This document shows, piece after piece, positions 27,469 through 36,796 of a stretch of DNA of 64,000 bases. Below the pieces are notes generated by a model. That model was not told the DNA's origin, made no database searches, and worked only from the letters and a program-made list of their open reading frames with translations. The first letter of the stretch is position 1, and every line of letters begins with the position of its first letter. Position numbers and translations under genes: made by a program. Source of the DNA: Acidobacteriota bacterium (GTDB lineage Bacteria; Acidobacteriota; UBA6911; RPQK01; JAJDTT01); assembly GCA_965116695.1 (NCBI GenBank), contig OZ220706.1, forward strand, positions 770,415 to 834,414, given 5' to 3'.

Positions 27469-27765
27469 ATCGACGGCGGCACCAAGACCGGAAAAAATCC
27501 TGTCAGTTCAGCATCGAACTCACAATTTTGATCGTAGGTGTCAATCATAAGAAAAAATTCCGACTATTCGTTCGTCTGCTACTCAACCTTCTCGGTAAGC
27601 GAAACAACCTACCCTATCGCATAGACTTCACTAATTCCGCATGGTTGTTGAAGTGAAAGTTAATTAAGGCATAACAGAAAACATATGCCCTCTCCAGATC
27701 CGTGCAACTCCTGCGAAAGGGCGGTGAATCGGATGCCGCGCCCGGATGGAACGGGCCGCTCCCCC

Positions 27766-28755
27766 TCACCGGGGCCGCGCCGTTTCGGACGGCGGATCGG
27801 TGTCGATTCTGGGATACAGCCAGGAGTGGGTCAGCCCCGGGTGACGCTTGCCGTACCGGGAAGGCACATCCTGGGTCCAGTTGCTGGGGATGGTCAGGCA
27901 GAAGAGCAACAGGCAGGCGAAGACAACCTTCTGGGCGGCCAGAGGCCTTTTCGGGGCCGGCGCCCGGGGAGCGGGCGCCGGATCGTTCCGGAGACGTCCC
28001 TGCCTCCGCAGGCGGGAGCGATAGAGCAGGATCGCACCCAGCAGGGCCATCAGGATGTTCAGGGTCTGACCTGTCCCGATGGGAAGGCGGTGGGTCGGAT
28101 AGTCGCGGAAGATATCGATGACGAGGCGGGGAAGGGCGTACCAGAAGACGAAGCGGGCCGCGACGGCCCCGGGGGTCCGGTTGGTCCGCCTGAAGCGGAG
28201 CAGGTAACCCATCAACAGCAGATTCTTGGCCCCGTCGTAGAGCACGACCGGATGGCGAAAACCCTCCGCGTCGGGGAACTTCACGCCCCACCAGGCATCG
28301 GTGACGCTGCCGACGATCTGGCCGTCGATGAAGTTCCCGATCCGCGCGGTACCCAGGAGAAGCGCCGCCGGAATCGCCAGCGTGTCGGCAAGGGGCAGGA
28401 ATGGTTTCCGGTACAGGTACGTAAATAGCAGCAGGCCGAGTCCGGCGCCCAACATGACGCCGTGGGTCGCCATGCCCCCAAGCCAGAAGGCCGGGATCAA
28501 CCCTGGATTCCGGCTGTAGAAGGGCCATTCGTCGAAAGCGATCTCTACGGCGCGGCCTCCGGCCAGAACTCCGATGACGATGAACAGGCTCAGGCTCCAG
28601 ACCTCGCGGTCCGACAACCCCAACTGCCGCCTGGATCTCCGGGCCGAGAGGTGAAGATGCAGGAAACCGAGAGCGAAGCCGAGTCCGTACCACCAGAGGT
28701 GCACTCCGGCGACGTCGAAGAGGATCGGATCGATCTGGTGGGTGTAGGGTCCCAT
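27766..28755 (-). CDS. lgt: Prolipoprotein diacylglyceryl transferase
   Basis: 329 aa polytopic membrane protein. Lgt signature-like GARIGNFIDGQ and HPVVLYDG blocks; N-terminus WWYGLGFALGF. Confidence 0.85.
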   Translation of the reverse strand: MGPYTHQIDPILFDVAGVHLWWYGLGFALGFLHLHLSARRSRRQLGLSDREVWSLSLFIVIGVLAGGRAVEIAFDEWPFYSRNPGLIPAFWLGGMATHGVMLGAGLGLLLFTYLYRKPFLPLADTLAIPAALLLGTARIGNFIDGQIVGSVTDAWWGVKFPDAEGFRHPVVLYDGAKNLLLMGYLLRFRRTNRTPGAVAARFVFWYALPRLVIDIFRDYPTHRLPIGTGQTLNILMALLGAILLYRSRLRRQGRLRNDPAPAPRAPAPKRPLAAQKVVFACLLLFCLTIPSNWTQDVPSRYGKRHPGLTHSWLYPRIDTDPPSETARPR

Positions 28756-28919
28756 CGCCGGTGAGTCCTACGGCGGAGTTCAGTTTGCGGCTGGGAATCG
28801 ATGAGTTGCGGACTTCAGGAATTGGACAAGCGCGGCCGTTTGCCTATCTGAAAGAGCCCGCAGCCTCGATGACCTGACTTCAAACTCCCGGACGGGAGAG
28901 ATTTGAGCCGTGAAGGCGG

Positions 28920-30206
28920 TCAGACCGCGGAACCGGGGGGAATCATGGTCGCGCCTTCACCCCGGCCATACGCGTCTTCGCCATGCTCCAGGATGTCCAA
29001 GCCGGTCCTTTCGTCAACTTGAGTCGGCCTCAGGGTCCCGAACAGAGATATGACCTTCAGCAGGACCCAGGTGACGACGCCGCAATAGGCGATGGTGGCA
29101 AGGACGCCCACAGCCTGGATGACGACCTGCATCGGGTTCCCATTCAGCAGGCCATCGGTTCCACCCCAGGCCGCGTGAGCGAAGACTCCCGTCAGCACCG
29201 CACCGCTCAAGCCACCCATGCCGTGGGCAGCCGCCACGTCCAGGGAATCATCCAATCCGGACCGGGACCGAAAGAGGATGGCGTAGTAGCAGGGAAACGT
29301 GGCGATGGCGCCGATGGCAATGGCTCCCATGGGACTGACGAAACCGGCCGCCGGCGTCACGGCCACGAGGCCGACGACGATGCCGGTGGCGGCGCCCACT
29401 GCCGTCGCCATCCGGTCCCGGACGGCATCCAGGATCATCCAGACGGTCAATGCGGCTGCAGGGGCCAGCAGGGTGTTGACGAAGGCCAGAGTCGCCGTAC
29501 CGTCGGCCGCCAGGGCGCTGCCCCCATTGAATCCGAACCAGCCGAACCAGAGCAGTCCGGCGCCCAAGAGGACGAACGGCACATTGTGGGGAATGATCGC
29601 CTGGCGCCCGTAGTCGCTCCGGGGTCCCACCTGCCAGGCGGCCACGACGGCCGCCGTTCCCGCGGTGACGTGGACCACGGTGCCTCCAGCAAAGTCCAGG
29701 GCACCCATCTCCCCCAGCCATCCGCCGCCCCAGACCCAATGGCAAACCGGCCCATATACGAACACCACCCAGCAGGCGATAAAGACCAGGTAAGGCCCGA
29801 AGCGGACCCGCTCGACCACGGCTCCGGAAATGAGGGCGGCCGTAATGATGGCGAAGGCTCCCTGATACGCGGCGAAAAGGAGGTGGGGAATGCTGCCGTT
29901 GGCCTCCAGGTTCACGCCCTGAAAGAAGAGATGTCCCAAGCCGCCCAACCAGGGGAGCATGCCCTCGCTGCTCGGGGCGAAGGCCAGGCTGTAACCGGCC
30001 ACGAACCAGACCAAGGCGGTCACGCCCAGGGAGGCAAAGCTCATCATCATGGTGTTGAGGATGTTCTTGGACCGGACCAGGCCGCCGTAGAAGAAGGCGA
30101 GTCCCGGTGTCATGAGGAGGACCAGAGCACAAGAAACCAGCAGCCATGCCGTATCCGCAGCCGAGATCGTCGCAGTGGCGGCAGTGGTCATTTCGGTTTC
30201 TGCCAT
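28920..30206 (-). CDS. amt: Ammonium transporter (Amt/MEP family)
   Basis: Start at internal Met (MAETEM...), with GGAGGGG SD. 11 TM segments. Amt signature DFAGGTVVH. Confidence 0.9.
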   Translation of the reverse strand: MAETEMTTAATATISAADTAWLLVSCALVLLMTPGLAFFYGGLVRSKNILNTMMMSFASLGVTALVWFVAGYSLAFAPSSEGMLPWLGGLGHLFFQGVNLEANGSIPHLLFAAYQGAFAIITAALISGAVVERVRFGPYLVFIACWVVFVYGPVCHWVWGGGWLGEMGALDFAGGTVVHVTAGTAAVVAAWQVGPRSDYGRQAIIPHNVPFVLLGAGLLWFGWFGFNGGSALAADGTATLAFVNTLLAPAAALTVWMILDAVRDRMATAVGAATGIVVGLVAVTPAAGFVSPMGAIAIGAIATFPCYYAILFRSRSGLDDSLDVAAAHGMGGLSGAVLTGVFAHAAWGGTDGLLNGNPMQVVIQAVGVLATIAYCGVVTWVLLKVISLFGTLRPTQVDERTGLDILEHGEDAYGRGEGATMIPPGSAV

Positions 30207-30238
30207 GATCGGTTCCCCTCCCGGTTCAGGAAACTGCT

Positions 30239-31558
30239 TTAAGCAGGAGTGATCGTCCGCTTGTCGGGGTCGAAGATCATCTTGCGGCCGCTCCACAAGG
30301 AGTCCGTAGCCATGATGCAGGCGATGGAGTGTCCGTAGCCTGCTTCGACCGGGCAGGAGATGCCGTCGACGTCGCGGCGCCGGACGCAGTCGAGCCAGTT
30401 GGCCATGTGAGGAAAGCGATGGTTGGGCATGGCTCCCGGCTCGCCGGCGATGTACTCGCCCTGCATCTGCTTCGCCCCTGGTTTCAGAGCTTCATCGCCG
30501 CGAATGCCGTCTCCTGAAACCCGCCAGGGCACTTCGTTGAAGAGGGGCGATTTTTCGAAGGAAAGCGTTCCCTTGGTTCCCTGAAAAGTGTAGCCGGTCC
30601 CGGCGCCGTTGATCAGGCAACAGCCGTAGCTGGCCAGGAATTTCTTGTCTCCCGTCCCGTATTCGAAAACGGCTTCGGTGGTGTCGGGATTCTCCCGGTA
30701 GTCCTTGTAGCGGTAGATTCCGCCTTCGGCCCGGGCGCTCAGGGGATACGGTTCCCCGGTGAGATAGTGGAGAGTGTCGATGTCGTGGCTCATCCACTGG
30801 TCGTAGATCCCGCTCGAGAAATCCTTGAACAGCCGAAAGGAGCGGTAGATCCTGGGGTCGAAGGGACGGTCGGGCTTACCCAGCAGAAATTCCTTCCAGT
30901 TCAGATCCTCTTCCCGGCACTCGGCCAGTTGTTCCGGTGAGCGGCGCCAACGGTAAGGACTGTATTCGTTCTCCACCAGGCTGACTCGAACCACGTCGCC
31001 GATGAGTTGGTCCTCCATGATCCGGCGAGCGGCGATGCACTTGGGATGGCTTCTTCCCTGGGTGCCGATCTGAACCACGATGCCGGCCTTCTTGCAGGCA
31101 TCCAGGGCGTCGTTGGCCTCGGAAAGAACGTTGGCCATGGGCTTCTCGCAATAAGCGTCCTTGCCCGCTTCCGCGACCATCTTCAGCATCTTGCCGTGCT
31201 GGTGGTCGGCCGTGGCGATGATGACCGCATCGATCCCGTCGTCGGCCAGAAGGTCGTCGATATGGTGATAGAGCGTGGGCTCGCTGCCATAGTGCTCGCG
31301 GAGGTGATTGGTGGCGATTTTCTGGTTCCGCTTCCAGATTTCGCAGACCGCGGTGATCCGTGCGTTGTACGCATCGGCATGTTCCAGGCACTTCCTCAAC
31401 AGGTACATGCCCCGGCCGCCGGGACCCAGCACTGCGACCTGGAGGGTGTCGTTGAGGCTGCGGCCCTTGGCCAGGAGGGACCCCGACAGTCCGGTCATGA
31501 CCGCGCCCGCCCCGGCGGTGGCCCCCATGAAGCTGCGACGATTCAATTCTTTGGTCAT
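30239..31558 (-). CDS. Gfo/Idh/MocA family oxidoreductase, TAT-exported
   Basis: Twin-arginine signal RRSFMGATAGAGA. N-terminal Rossmann VAVLGPGGRG. C-terminal GFO_IDH_MocA_C region. Confidence 0.85.
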   Translation of the reverse strand: MTKELNRRSFMGATAGAGAVMTGLSGSLLAKGRSLNDTLQVAVLGPGGRGMYLLRKCLEHADAYNARITAVCEIWKRNQKIATNHLREHYGSEPTLYHHIDDLLADDGIDAVIIATADHQHGKMLKMVAEAGKDAYCEKPMANVLSEANDALDACKKAGIVVQIGTQGRSHPKCIAARRIMEDQLIGDVVRVSLVENEYSPYRWRRSPEQLAECREEDLNWKEFLLGKPDRPFDPRIYRSFRLFKDFSSGIYDQWMSHDIDTLHYLTGEPYPLSARAEGGIYRYKDYRENPDTTEAVFEYGTGDKKFLASYGCCLINGAGTGYTFQGTKGTLSFEKSPLFNEVPWRVSGDGIRGDEALKPGAKQMQGEYIAGEPGAMPNHRFPHMANWLDCVRRRDVDGISCPVEAGYGHSIACIMATDSLWSGRKMIFDPDKRTITPA

Positions 31559-31625
31559 TTCCTGATCTCCTTACGTTTTGGTCGCTCCGAACAGGTTCCG
31601 TTATCCGGGCCGGCCTCCAGAGAGT

Positions 31626-32600
31626 TCAACCTCTGGGAACACCCGCCATTTCAAAAGCCCGGGACATCTGCCGATAGCAATGCCTGGCGGCAGCCAACGG
31701 GTCGTAACCCGGTTTCCTGTGAATCTGACCGCTGACCTCGAGAACGATGGATCCCCGGTAACCCTGGGCCTGAAGCTCCTTGAGATAGGTCACATAATCC
31801 GTATCGCCATCTCCCGGCATCAGGAACTGCGTCTTCCCCTGGTCGTTGGTCGTCGCGTCCTTGGCGTGTGCGAAGACCGCATGAGAACCAAGAAGGCGAA
31901 TCGAGTCCACCATGTCGAAATTCATGGCTCTGAAATGACTGTAGTCATACGTCACCCGAACCCACGGACTGTCGGCCTGCCGCATCAACCACAGAGCTCC
32001 ATCGGGACTGTGCAGAGCGCTCCCCACGTGCGGTTTGATGGCCAACAGGATCTCATGGGATCGGCCCACCTCCGCCCATTCCCGGAGCTTCTCGGCCATG
32101 GGTTCCTTCGCCTGATCCCACTCGGAGGTCTTCCCTCCCAGCGTCAGGACCAGCACGGGACGCCGGTGCCGCCGCCCGGGTGTCCGCACGTTGAAGGGAT
32201 AGATGTCGCGCCAGAGTTGAGCCGCCCGTTTGATCCGCTCCAGGTTCTCCCGGTGGGCCTCGGGACCCACCAGCAGTCTCAGGTCCTCGTCCAATCCGCT
32301 GAGCCCCAATCCCAACTCGCCGAACAGATCGGCCAGCTCACGCCGGGCCGACCGGGTGAGGATCTTGGGATCGTCCTGCCAACCGGGATAGATGGCCGGT
32401 TCCACATCGTCGTACCCCACTTCGCTGGCCATGCGCATGGCGTCTGGAGTGCGGAGGGTTCGATTGTTGTAGAGACTCCAGCCCAGGCCGATGGCCAGTT
32501 TCGGTTTGTGCCCGGAAGCGGCGGCCAGACCCGTGGGCATCAGCGTGGCGGCTCCGGCTGGGATGGACTTGAGAAACGCTCGCCGATGGAGCTGGGACAT
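31626..32600 (-). CDS. Sugar phosphate isomerase/epimerase (xylose-isomerase-like TIM barrel), TAT signal
   Basis: RRAFLKS twin-arginine motif. AP-endonuclease-2/xylose-isomerase-like barrel blocks. Often paired with Gfo/Idh/MocA genes. Confidence 0.8.
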   Translation of the reverse strand: MSQLHRRAFLKSIPAGAATLMPTGLAAASGHKPKLAIGLGWSLYNNRTLRTPDAMRMASEVGYDDVEPAIYPGWQDDPKILTRSARRELADLFGELGLGLSGLDEDLRLLVGPEAHRENLERIKRAAQLWRDIYPFNVRTPGRRHRRPVLVLTLGGKTSEWDQAKEPMAEKLREWAEVGRSHEILLAIKPHVGSALHSPDGALWLMRQADSPWVRVTYDYSHFRAMNFDMVDSIRLLGSHAVFAHAKDATTNDQGKTQFLMPGDGDTDYVTYLKELQAQGYRGSIVLEVSGQIHRKPGYDPLAAARHCYRQMSRAFEMAGVPRG

Positions 32601-32695
32601 TCGGAATTCCCCTTCTATGCGACGCGGCAAAGTCTAACCTACCGCCCCGGATAAAACAAACTTCCGACCCCCGTCGAAACGACGCCCCGGAGCGA

Positions 32696-32722
32696 GTAGG
32701 GGCACGCCTTGTAGGCGCCTGC
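32696..32722 (+). repeat. REP-like palindromic element variant (GTAGGGGCACGCCTTGTAGGCGCCTGC)
   Basis: Same family as 19468-19494. Upstream of tRNA-Leu. Confidence 0.55.
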
Positions 32723-32748
32723 TGTCACCGCTCGCTGATCGGCCCGGG

Positions 32749-32775
32749 GAGGGCACCCACAAGGGGTGCCCCTAC
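32749..32775 (-). repeat. REP-like palindromic element, inverted copy (GAGGGCACCCACAAGGGGTGCCCCTAC)
   Basis: Exact reverse complement of the GTAGGGGCACCCCTTGTGGGTGCCCTC consensus. Confidence 0.6.
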
Positions 32776-32826
32776 TCCCGTTCGCTGCACCAGCCACCGG
32801 TTGTGGTGTAAACTCACCGGCAGGTC

Positions 32827-32914
32827 GCCGGAGTGGTGGAATTGGCAGACGCGCTGCGTTCAGGACGCAGTGGGCTAGACGCCCGTGGGAGTTCGAGTCT
32901 CCCCTCCGGCACCA
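32827..32914 (+). tRNA. tRNA-Leu (anticodon CAG), type II with long variable arm, CCA encoded
   Basis: Acceptor stem GCCGGAG/CTCCGGC. D-arm GTGGTGGAATTGGCAGAC. Anticodon stem-loop CTGCG-TTCAGGA-CGCAG. Long variable arm TGGGCTAGACGCCCG. T-arm GGGAGTTCGAGTCTCCC. Discriminator A plus CCA. Confidence 0.85.
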
Positions 32915-32933
32915 ATTCCATTTTCCAATGTCC

Positions 32934-32968
32934 GTAGGGGCACCCCTTGTGGGTTTGTGGGTGCCCTT
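32934..32968 (+). repeat. REP-like palindromic element with 8-nt internal duplication (GTAGGGGCACCCCTTGTGGGTTTGTGGGTGCCCTT)
   Basis: Immediately downstream of the tRNA. Same 27-nt family. Confidence 0.6.
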
Positions 32969-32993
32969 CCATGTGGGTGCCTTCTTCGGCGTC

Positions 32994-33398
32994 TCACTTC
33001 GCCTTCGGAATGAATTGGTCCAACTTTTCCCGTAGTTCCACCATGCTGTAAGGCTTGATCACCACCTCCTGCGCCCCCGCAGTCAGGATTTCTTCGGGAC
33101 TTCCCTGCATGGCTGCGGCGCCGATGGCCAGGATCGGCACCCGATCCAGGTTTGCGGCCCTGCGAATCTGGCGGATGACCCGGTATGCTCCTCCACCGGC
33201 GATCATCATGTCCACGATGATCAAGTCGGGACCGAAGCCCATCAGGTCGGCCATGGAGGACCGGGGCGAGAACGACCGCGTGCGAAAGCCGAGGCTCTGC
33301 AAGACGAATTGAATCGAGTAGATGTCGTCCGTCGTCTCCTCGATCACGGCCAACCGCTTCGACTCGGCAGTCGGGGCACGGGGACGGCGGCGCCTCAC
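32994..33398 (-). CDS. Response regulator receiver domain protein (single-domain, CheY-like)
   Basis: Phospho-acceptor Asp in the LIIVDMMI block. Conserved REC-domain fold. 4-nt overlap with the gatB stop. Confidence 0.75.
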   Translation of the reverse strand: MRRRRPRAPTAESKRLAVIEETTDDIYSIQFVLQSLGFRTRSFSPRSSMADLMGFGPDLIIVDMMIAGGGAYRVIRQIRRAANLDRVPILAIGAAAMQGSPEEILTAGAQEVVIKPYSMVELREKLDQFIPKAK

Positions 33399-34852
33399 CG
33401 GTCCAACATCCTTCTGAGCAGTTGGTTGACCATTTTCGGGTTGGCTTGTCCGCGGGTCTGCCGCATCACCTGTCCTACAAAGAATCCCAGCAGGCCCCGT
33501 TTCCCTTGCCTATAACGCTCGACGGCGTCGGCATGCGACTCCAGAATCCCGGAAACGACAGTCTCCAATTCGCTCCGGTCACTGATCTGGGCCAGGTTCT
33601 GCTCCCTGACGATCTTCCCTGGAGGCTTGCCCGTCTCATACATCTGATCGAAGACACCCTTGGCCATCTTTCCGCTGATGGTTCCGTCGTCCAGGAGACG
33701 GATCAACTCGCCGAGATCCGCAGCCTGGACCGGAGAATCTTCCAGGCCGCGCCCGTCCTTCCTCAGCCGGTGGGCCACATCTCCCACCATCCAGTTCAGA
33801 ACCGACTTGGGATTTCCGGCGCTCTTGGCGGATGCTTCAAAGTAATCGGCGAACTCGGGGGTCCGGGTGGCCGCGAGGGCGTCAACGGGATCGAAGCCGT
33901 ACTGGGAACCGAACCGGCGCGCGCGGTCTGCGGGAAGCTCCGGCATCTGTTTTCCGATCTCGTCCAACCGCTCCGCCGAGATCACGACGGGAAGCAGATC
34001 CGGATCGGGAAAATACCGGTAGTCGTGGGCCTCTTCCTTGCTTCTCATGGGGCGCGTCACTTCCAGGTCCTCTTCCCACAACCGCGTCTCCTGAACCACT
34101 TGCCGCCCCGACTCCAAGACTCGAATCTGCCTCCGGATCTCGTAGTCAAGTGCCTTGTTCAAAAATCGGAAGGAGTTCAGATTCTTGATTTCAGTCTTGG
34201 TCCCCAGTGAAGTCTCCCCCCGCGGGCGGACCGAAACGTTGGCATCGCAGCGCAGACTCCCTTCCTCCATGTTCCCGTCGCACAGCGACAAAAAAAGCAG
34301 GACTCGTCTCAGGTAGTCCAGGAAATCGCTGGCCTCCTTGCCCGACCTTAGATCGGGCTGGGTGACGATCTCCATCAACGGGACCCCGCATCGATTCAGG
34401 TTGACCAGCGTGTCCTGCCTCGCGGCATGAATCGACTTGCCGGCGTCCTCCTCCAGGTGGACTCGAATGATCCCCACGGTGAGTTCGCGCAAGGTTCCGG
34501 GTTTCCTCCGGGACCCGCGACCCAGGGTCGGAAGACGCACCCGCCCGTCAACCGCCAGGGGCTCTTCAAACTGGGAGATCTGGTAGCCCTTGGGAAGATC
34601 AGGGTAGAAATAGTTCTTTCGAGCGAGAAGCGAACGCCGGTTGATGCGGCACTCCAGGGCCAGTCCGGCGCTGGCCGCCATCTCCACGGCTTGGACGTTG
34701 ACCACCGGAAGCGACCCGGGAAGACCGAGGCAGACCGGACAGGTCTGGGAATTCGGGGGAGCTCCGAACCGGGTGCTGCAACCGCAGAACACCTTGCTGC
34801 GGGTGCGCAGTTGAGCGTGAACCTCCAGGCCGATTACCGGCTCGTACTGCAT
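33395..34852 (-). CDS. gatB: Asp-tRNA(Asn)/Glu-tRNA(Gln) amidotransferase subunit B
   Basis: Start at internal ATG (MQYEPVIGLEVHAQL). GatB/YqeY C-terminal domain. Conserved CPVCLGLPGSLP motif. Confidence 0.9.
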   Translation of the reverse strand: MQYEPVIGLEVHAQLRTRSKVFCGCSTRFGAPPNSQTCPVCLGLPGSLPVVNVQAVEMAASAGLALECRINRRSLLARKNYFYPDLPKGYQISQFEEPLAVDGRVRLPTLGRGSRRKPGTLRELTVGIIRVHLEEDAGKSIHAARQDTLVNLNRCGVPLMEIVTQPDLRSGKEASDFLDYLRRVLLFLSLCDGNMEEGSLRCDANVSVRPRGETSLGTKTEIKNLNSFRFLNKALDYEIRRQIRVLESGRQVVQETRLWEEDLEVTRPMRSKEEAHDYRYFPDPDLLPVVISAERLDEIGKQMPELPADRARRFGSQYGFDPVDALAATRTPEFADYFEASAKSAGNPKSVLNWMVGDVAHRLRKDGRGLEDSPVQAADLGELIRLLDDGTISGKMAKGVFDQMYETGKPPGKIVREQNLAQISDRSELETVVSGILESHADAVERYRQGKRGLLGFFVGQVMRQTRGQANPKMVNQLLRRMLDR

Positions 34853-35799
34853 CGGACCAACTCCAACAGCTGCTTCAATGCCGGCTCCGACTCCCCCGGC
34901 GATTCGATCCACTGCATGCCCTCCTCCCGGCGAAACCAAGTCATCTGCCGTTTGGCGTAGCGACGCGTGTCCCGGCTCGTCAGCTCGATGGCGTCCTCCA
35001 TGCTCAACTCACCCCGAAGGGCCTGCAAGGCGTACCGGTAACCCAACGCCTCGAAGGCTTTGCATCGCTCATCGTACCCCTTCCGCAGTAGTCGATCCAC
35101 TTCGTCCAGCAGGCCGCTCCGGAACATTTCCCGGGCGCGGGAATCGATCCTCCGATAGAGAAGGGGCCGGGGCAGGCTCAGGCCGATCTTCAGAATTCGG
35201 AATCCGGCGAGCGGTTTTCGCTGCTCCTGAAGCCGGCTGATGGGAGTCCCTGTCAGGAAGTAGACCTCCAGCGCCCGTATCAGGCGCCGCCGGTCCCCCG
35301 CGCCGATCTTCCGGGCGGTAGCGGGATCCTTGCGGGACAGCAGGCGATGCAATCTCTCCTGACCGCGGCGTTGCACCATCTTCTCCAAGCGGTCGCGAAC
35401 GGCTTCACACCGTGAAGGTCCTTCGAAGACTCCCGCCAGCAGAGCCCGGAGATAAAGTCCGGTGCCTCCCACCACAAAGGGGATCTTTCCCCGATTCCGG
35501 ACCTGTCGACAGACTCTCCTGGCTTCCGCCATGTATCGTCCTGCGCTGTAGAACTGGTCCGGATCCAGGAAGTCGTAAAGGTGATGCGGCACGGATCCGG
35601 TTTCGCGGGCCGACGGCTTCCCGGTCCCGATCCGGAGTTCCCGGTACAGTTGGAGCGAATCGCAGTTGATGATCTCCCCGTCCAGCCGGAGGGCTGCCTC
35701 GACCGCCAGCGCGCTCTTGCCCGAGGCCGTTGGGCCGGCGACGGCGATCAGAAGGGGATCTTCGGGCGGTGAAGGCGTCTTCAACGCAAACGTTCCCAC
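34834..35799 (-). CDS. miaA: tRNA dimethylallyltransferase
   Basis: P-loop GPTASGKS. DSLQLYR motif. C-terminal YAKRQMTWFR block. Confidence 0.9.
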   Translation of the reverse strand: MGTFALKTPSPPEDPLLIAVAGPTASGKSALAVEAALRLDGEIINCDSLQLYRELRIGTGKPSARETGSVPHHLYDFLDPDQFYSAGRYMAEARRVCRQVRNRGKIPFVVGGTGLYLRALLAGVFEGPSRCEAVRDRLEKMVQRRGQERLHRLLSRKDPATARKIGAGDRRRLIRALEVYFLTGTPISRLQEQRKPLAGFRILKIGLSLPRPLLYRRIDSRAREMFRSGLLDEVDRLLRKGYDERCKAFEALGYRYALQALRGELSMEDAIELTSRDTRRYAKRQMTWFRREEGMQWIESPGESEPALKQLLELVRCSTSR

Positions 35800-35809
35800 T
35801 CGGCGGAGG

Positions 35810-36796
35810 TCACCTGGTTGGTCTGGAGATGGACGACCCGTGCTGACCGGCCACGGTCATCCGGTCCAGAATCTCCAGGGCAAGATCCAAGACCCGGACG
35901 CCCTCCCCGCCGCTGCACCCGCGCCGGAATGGCCGCTCCTGGCCGTGCCGGCCCGCGATTTCTTCCAGAAACGCCATGATCTCCATTTTCAAGGGTTCTT
36001 CGTGCGCCACCTGTGGAGACCGGTTGACGATTCGTTTGGACCCATTCACCTCCACCATGCTCGAGACTTCCGCCACCTGGCGGTCCAGGTCGAGGGAGAT
36101 GTAGTCGTCCGCCTGGAAGAACCTCAACTTCCTCATCTTCTGTTTCGAGACCCGGCTCGAGGTGAGATTGGCGACACATCCGTCCTCGAATTCCAGACGG
36201 GCGTTGGCGATGTCGATCCGTGGAGTCAGCACCGGAATCCCTACAGCGCGAATCTCCCGGATGGGACTCCGGACCATCTGCGTGACGAGATCCAGGTCAT
36301 GAATCATCAGGTCCAACACCACGTCCACGTCCAGGCTGCGCGGCGTCAGCACGCTGAGCCGGTGGACCTCGAAGAAACGGGGCGTCTTGACGAGGGACCG
36401 AATTGCCAGCACCGCGGGGTTGAAGCGCTCGGAATGACCCACGTGGAGAACGGCTCCCCGGGCCTCATCCACCATGCGCGTCGCGGATTCCAGGTCTTCG
36501 GCGATGGGTTTCTCCACCAGGACGTGGATTCCACGCCTCAGGAACGGAAGGGCGACCTCGGCATGCAGCGAGGTGGGAACGGCCACGCTGACGGCGTCGA
36601 CCCGGTCCAACAGGGGGCCGTCGTCGGGCCAGGACCGGCAGCCGTACCGGGAAGCCAGCTCCCGACGCTTCTCCGGAACCGGGTCCACGATTCCAACGAG
36701 CTTCGCCTGCGGGAGGCTGCTGTAGATACGGGTATGGTGACTCCCCAAAACCCCGACGCCGATGACTCCCACCCGGATCCGGTCTTGGGCGCTCAC
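35810..36796 (-). CDS. Gfo/Idh/MocA family oxidoreductase (cytoplasmic; GnnA-like placement in the lipid A cluster)
   Basis: Proposed GTG start overlaps the lpxI TGA as GTGA. Rossmann IRVGVIGVGVLG. EKP motif of the family. Confidence 0.65.
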   Translation of the reverse strand: MSAQDRIRVGVIGVGVLGSHHTRIYSSLPQAKLVGIVDPVPEKRRELASRYGCRSWPDDGPLLDRVDAVSVAVPTSLHAEVALPFLRRGIHVLVEKPIAEDLESATRMVDEARGAVLHVGHSERFNPAVLAIRSLVKTPRFFEVHRLSVLTPRSLDVDVVLDLMIHDLDLVTQMVRSPIREIRAVGIPVLTPRIDIANARLEFEDGCVANLTSSRVSKQKMRKLRFFQADDYISLDLDRQVAEVSSMVEVNGSKRIVNRSPQVAHEEPLKMEIMAFLEEIAGRHGQERPFRRGCSGGEGVRVLDLALEILDRMTVAGQHGSSISRPTR

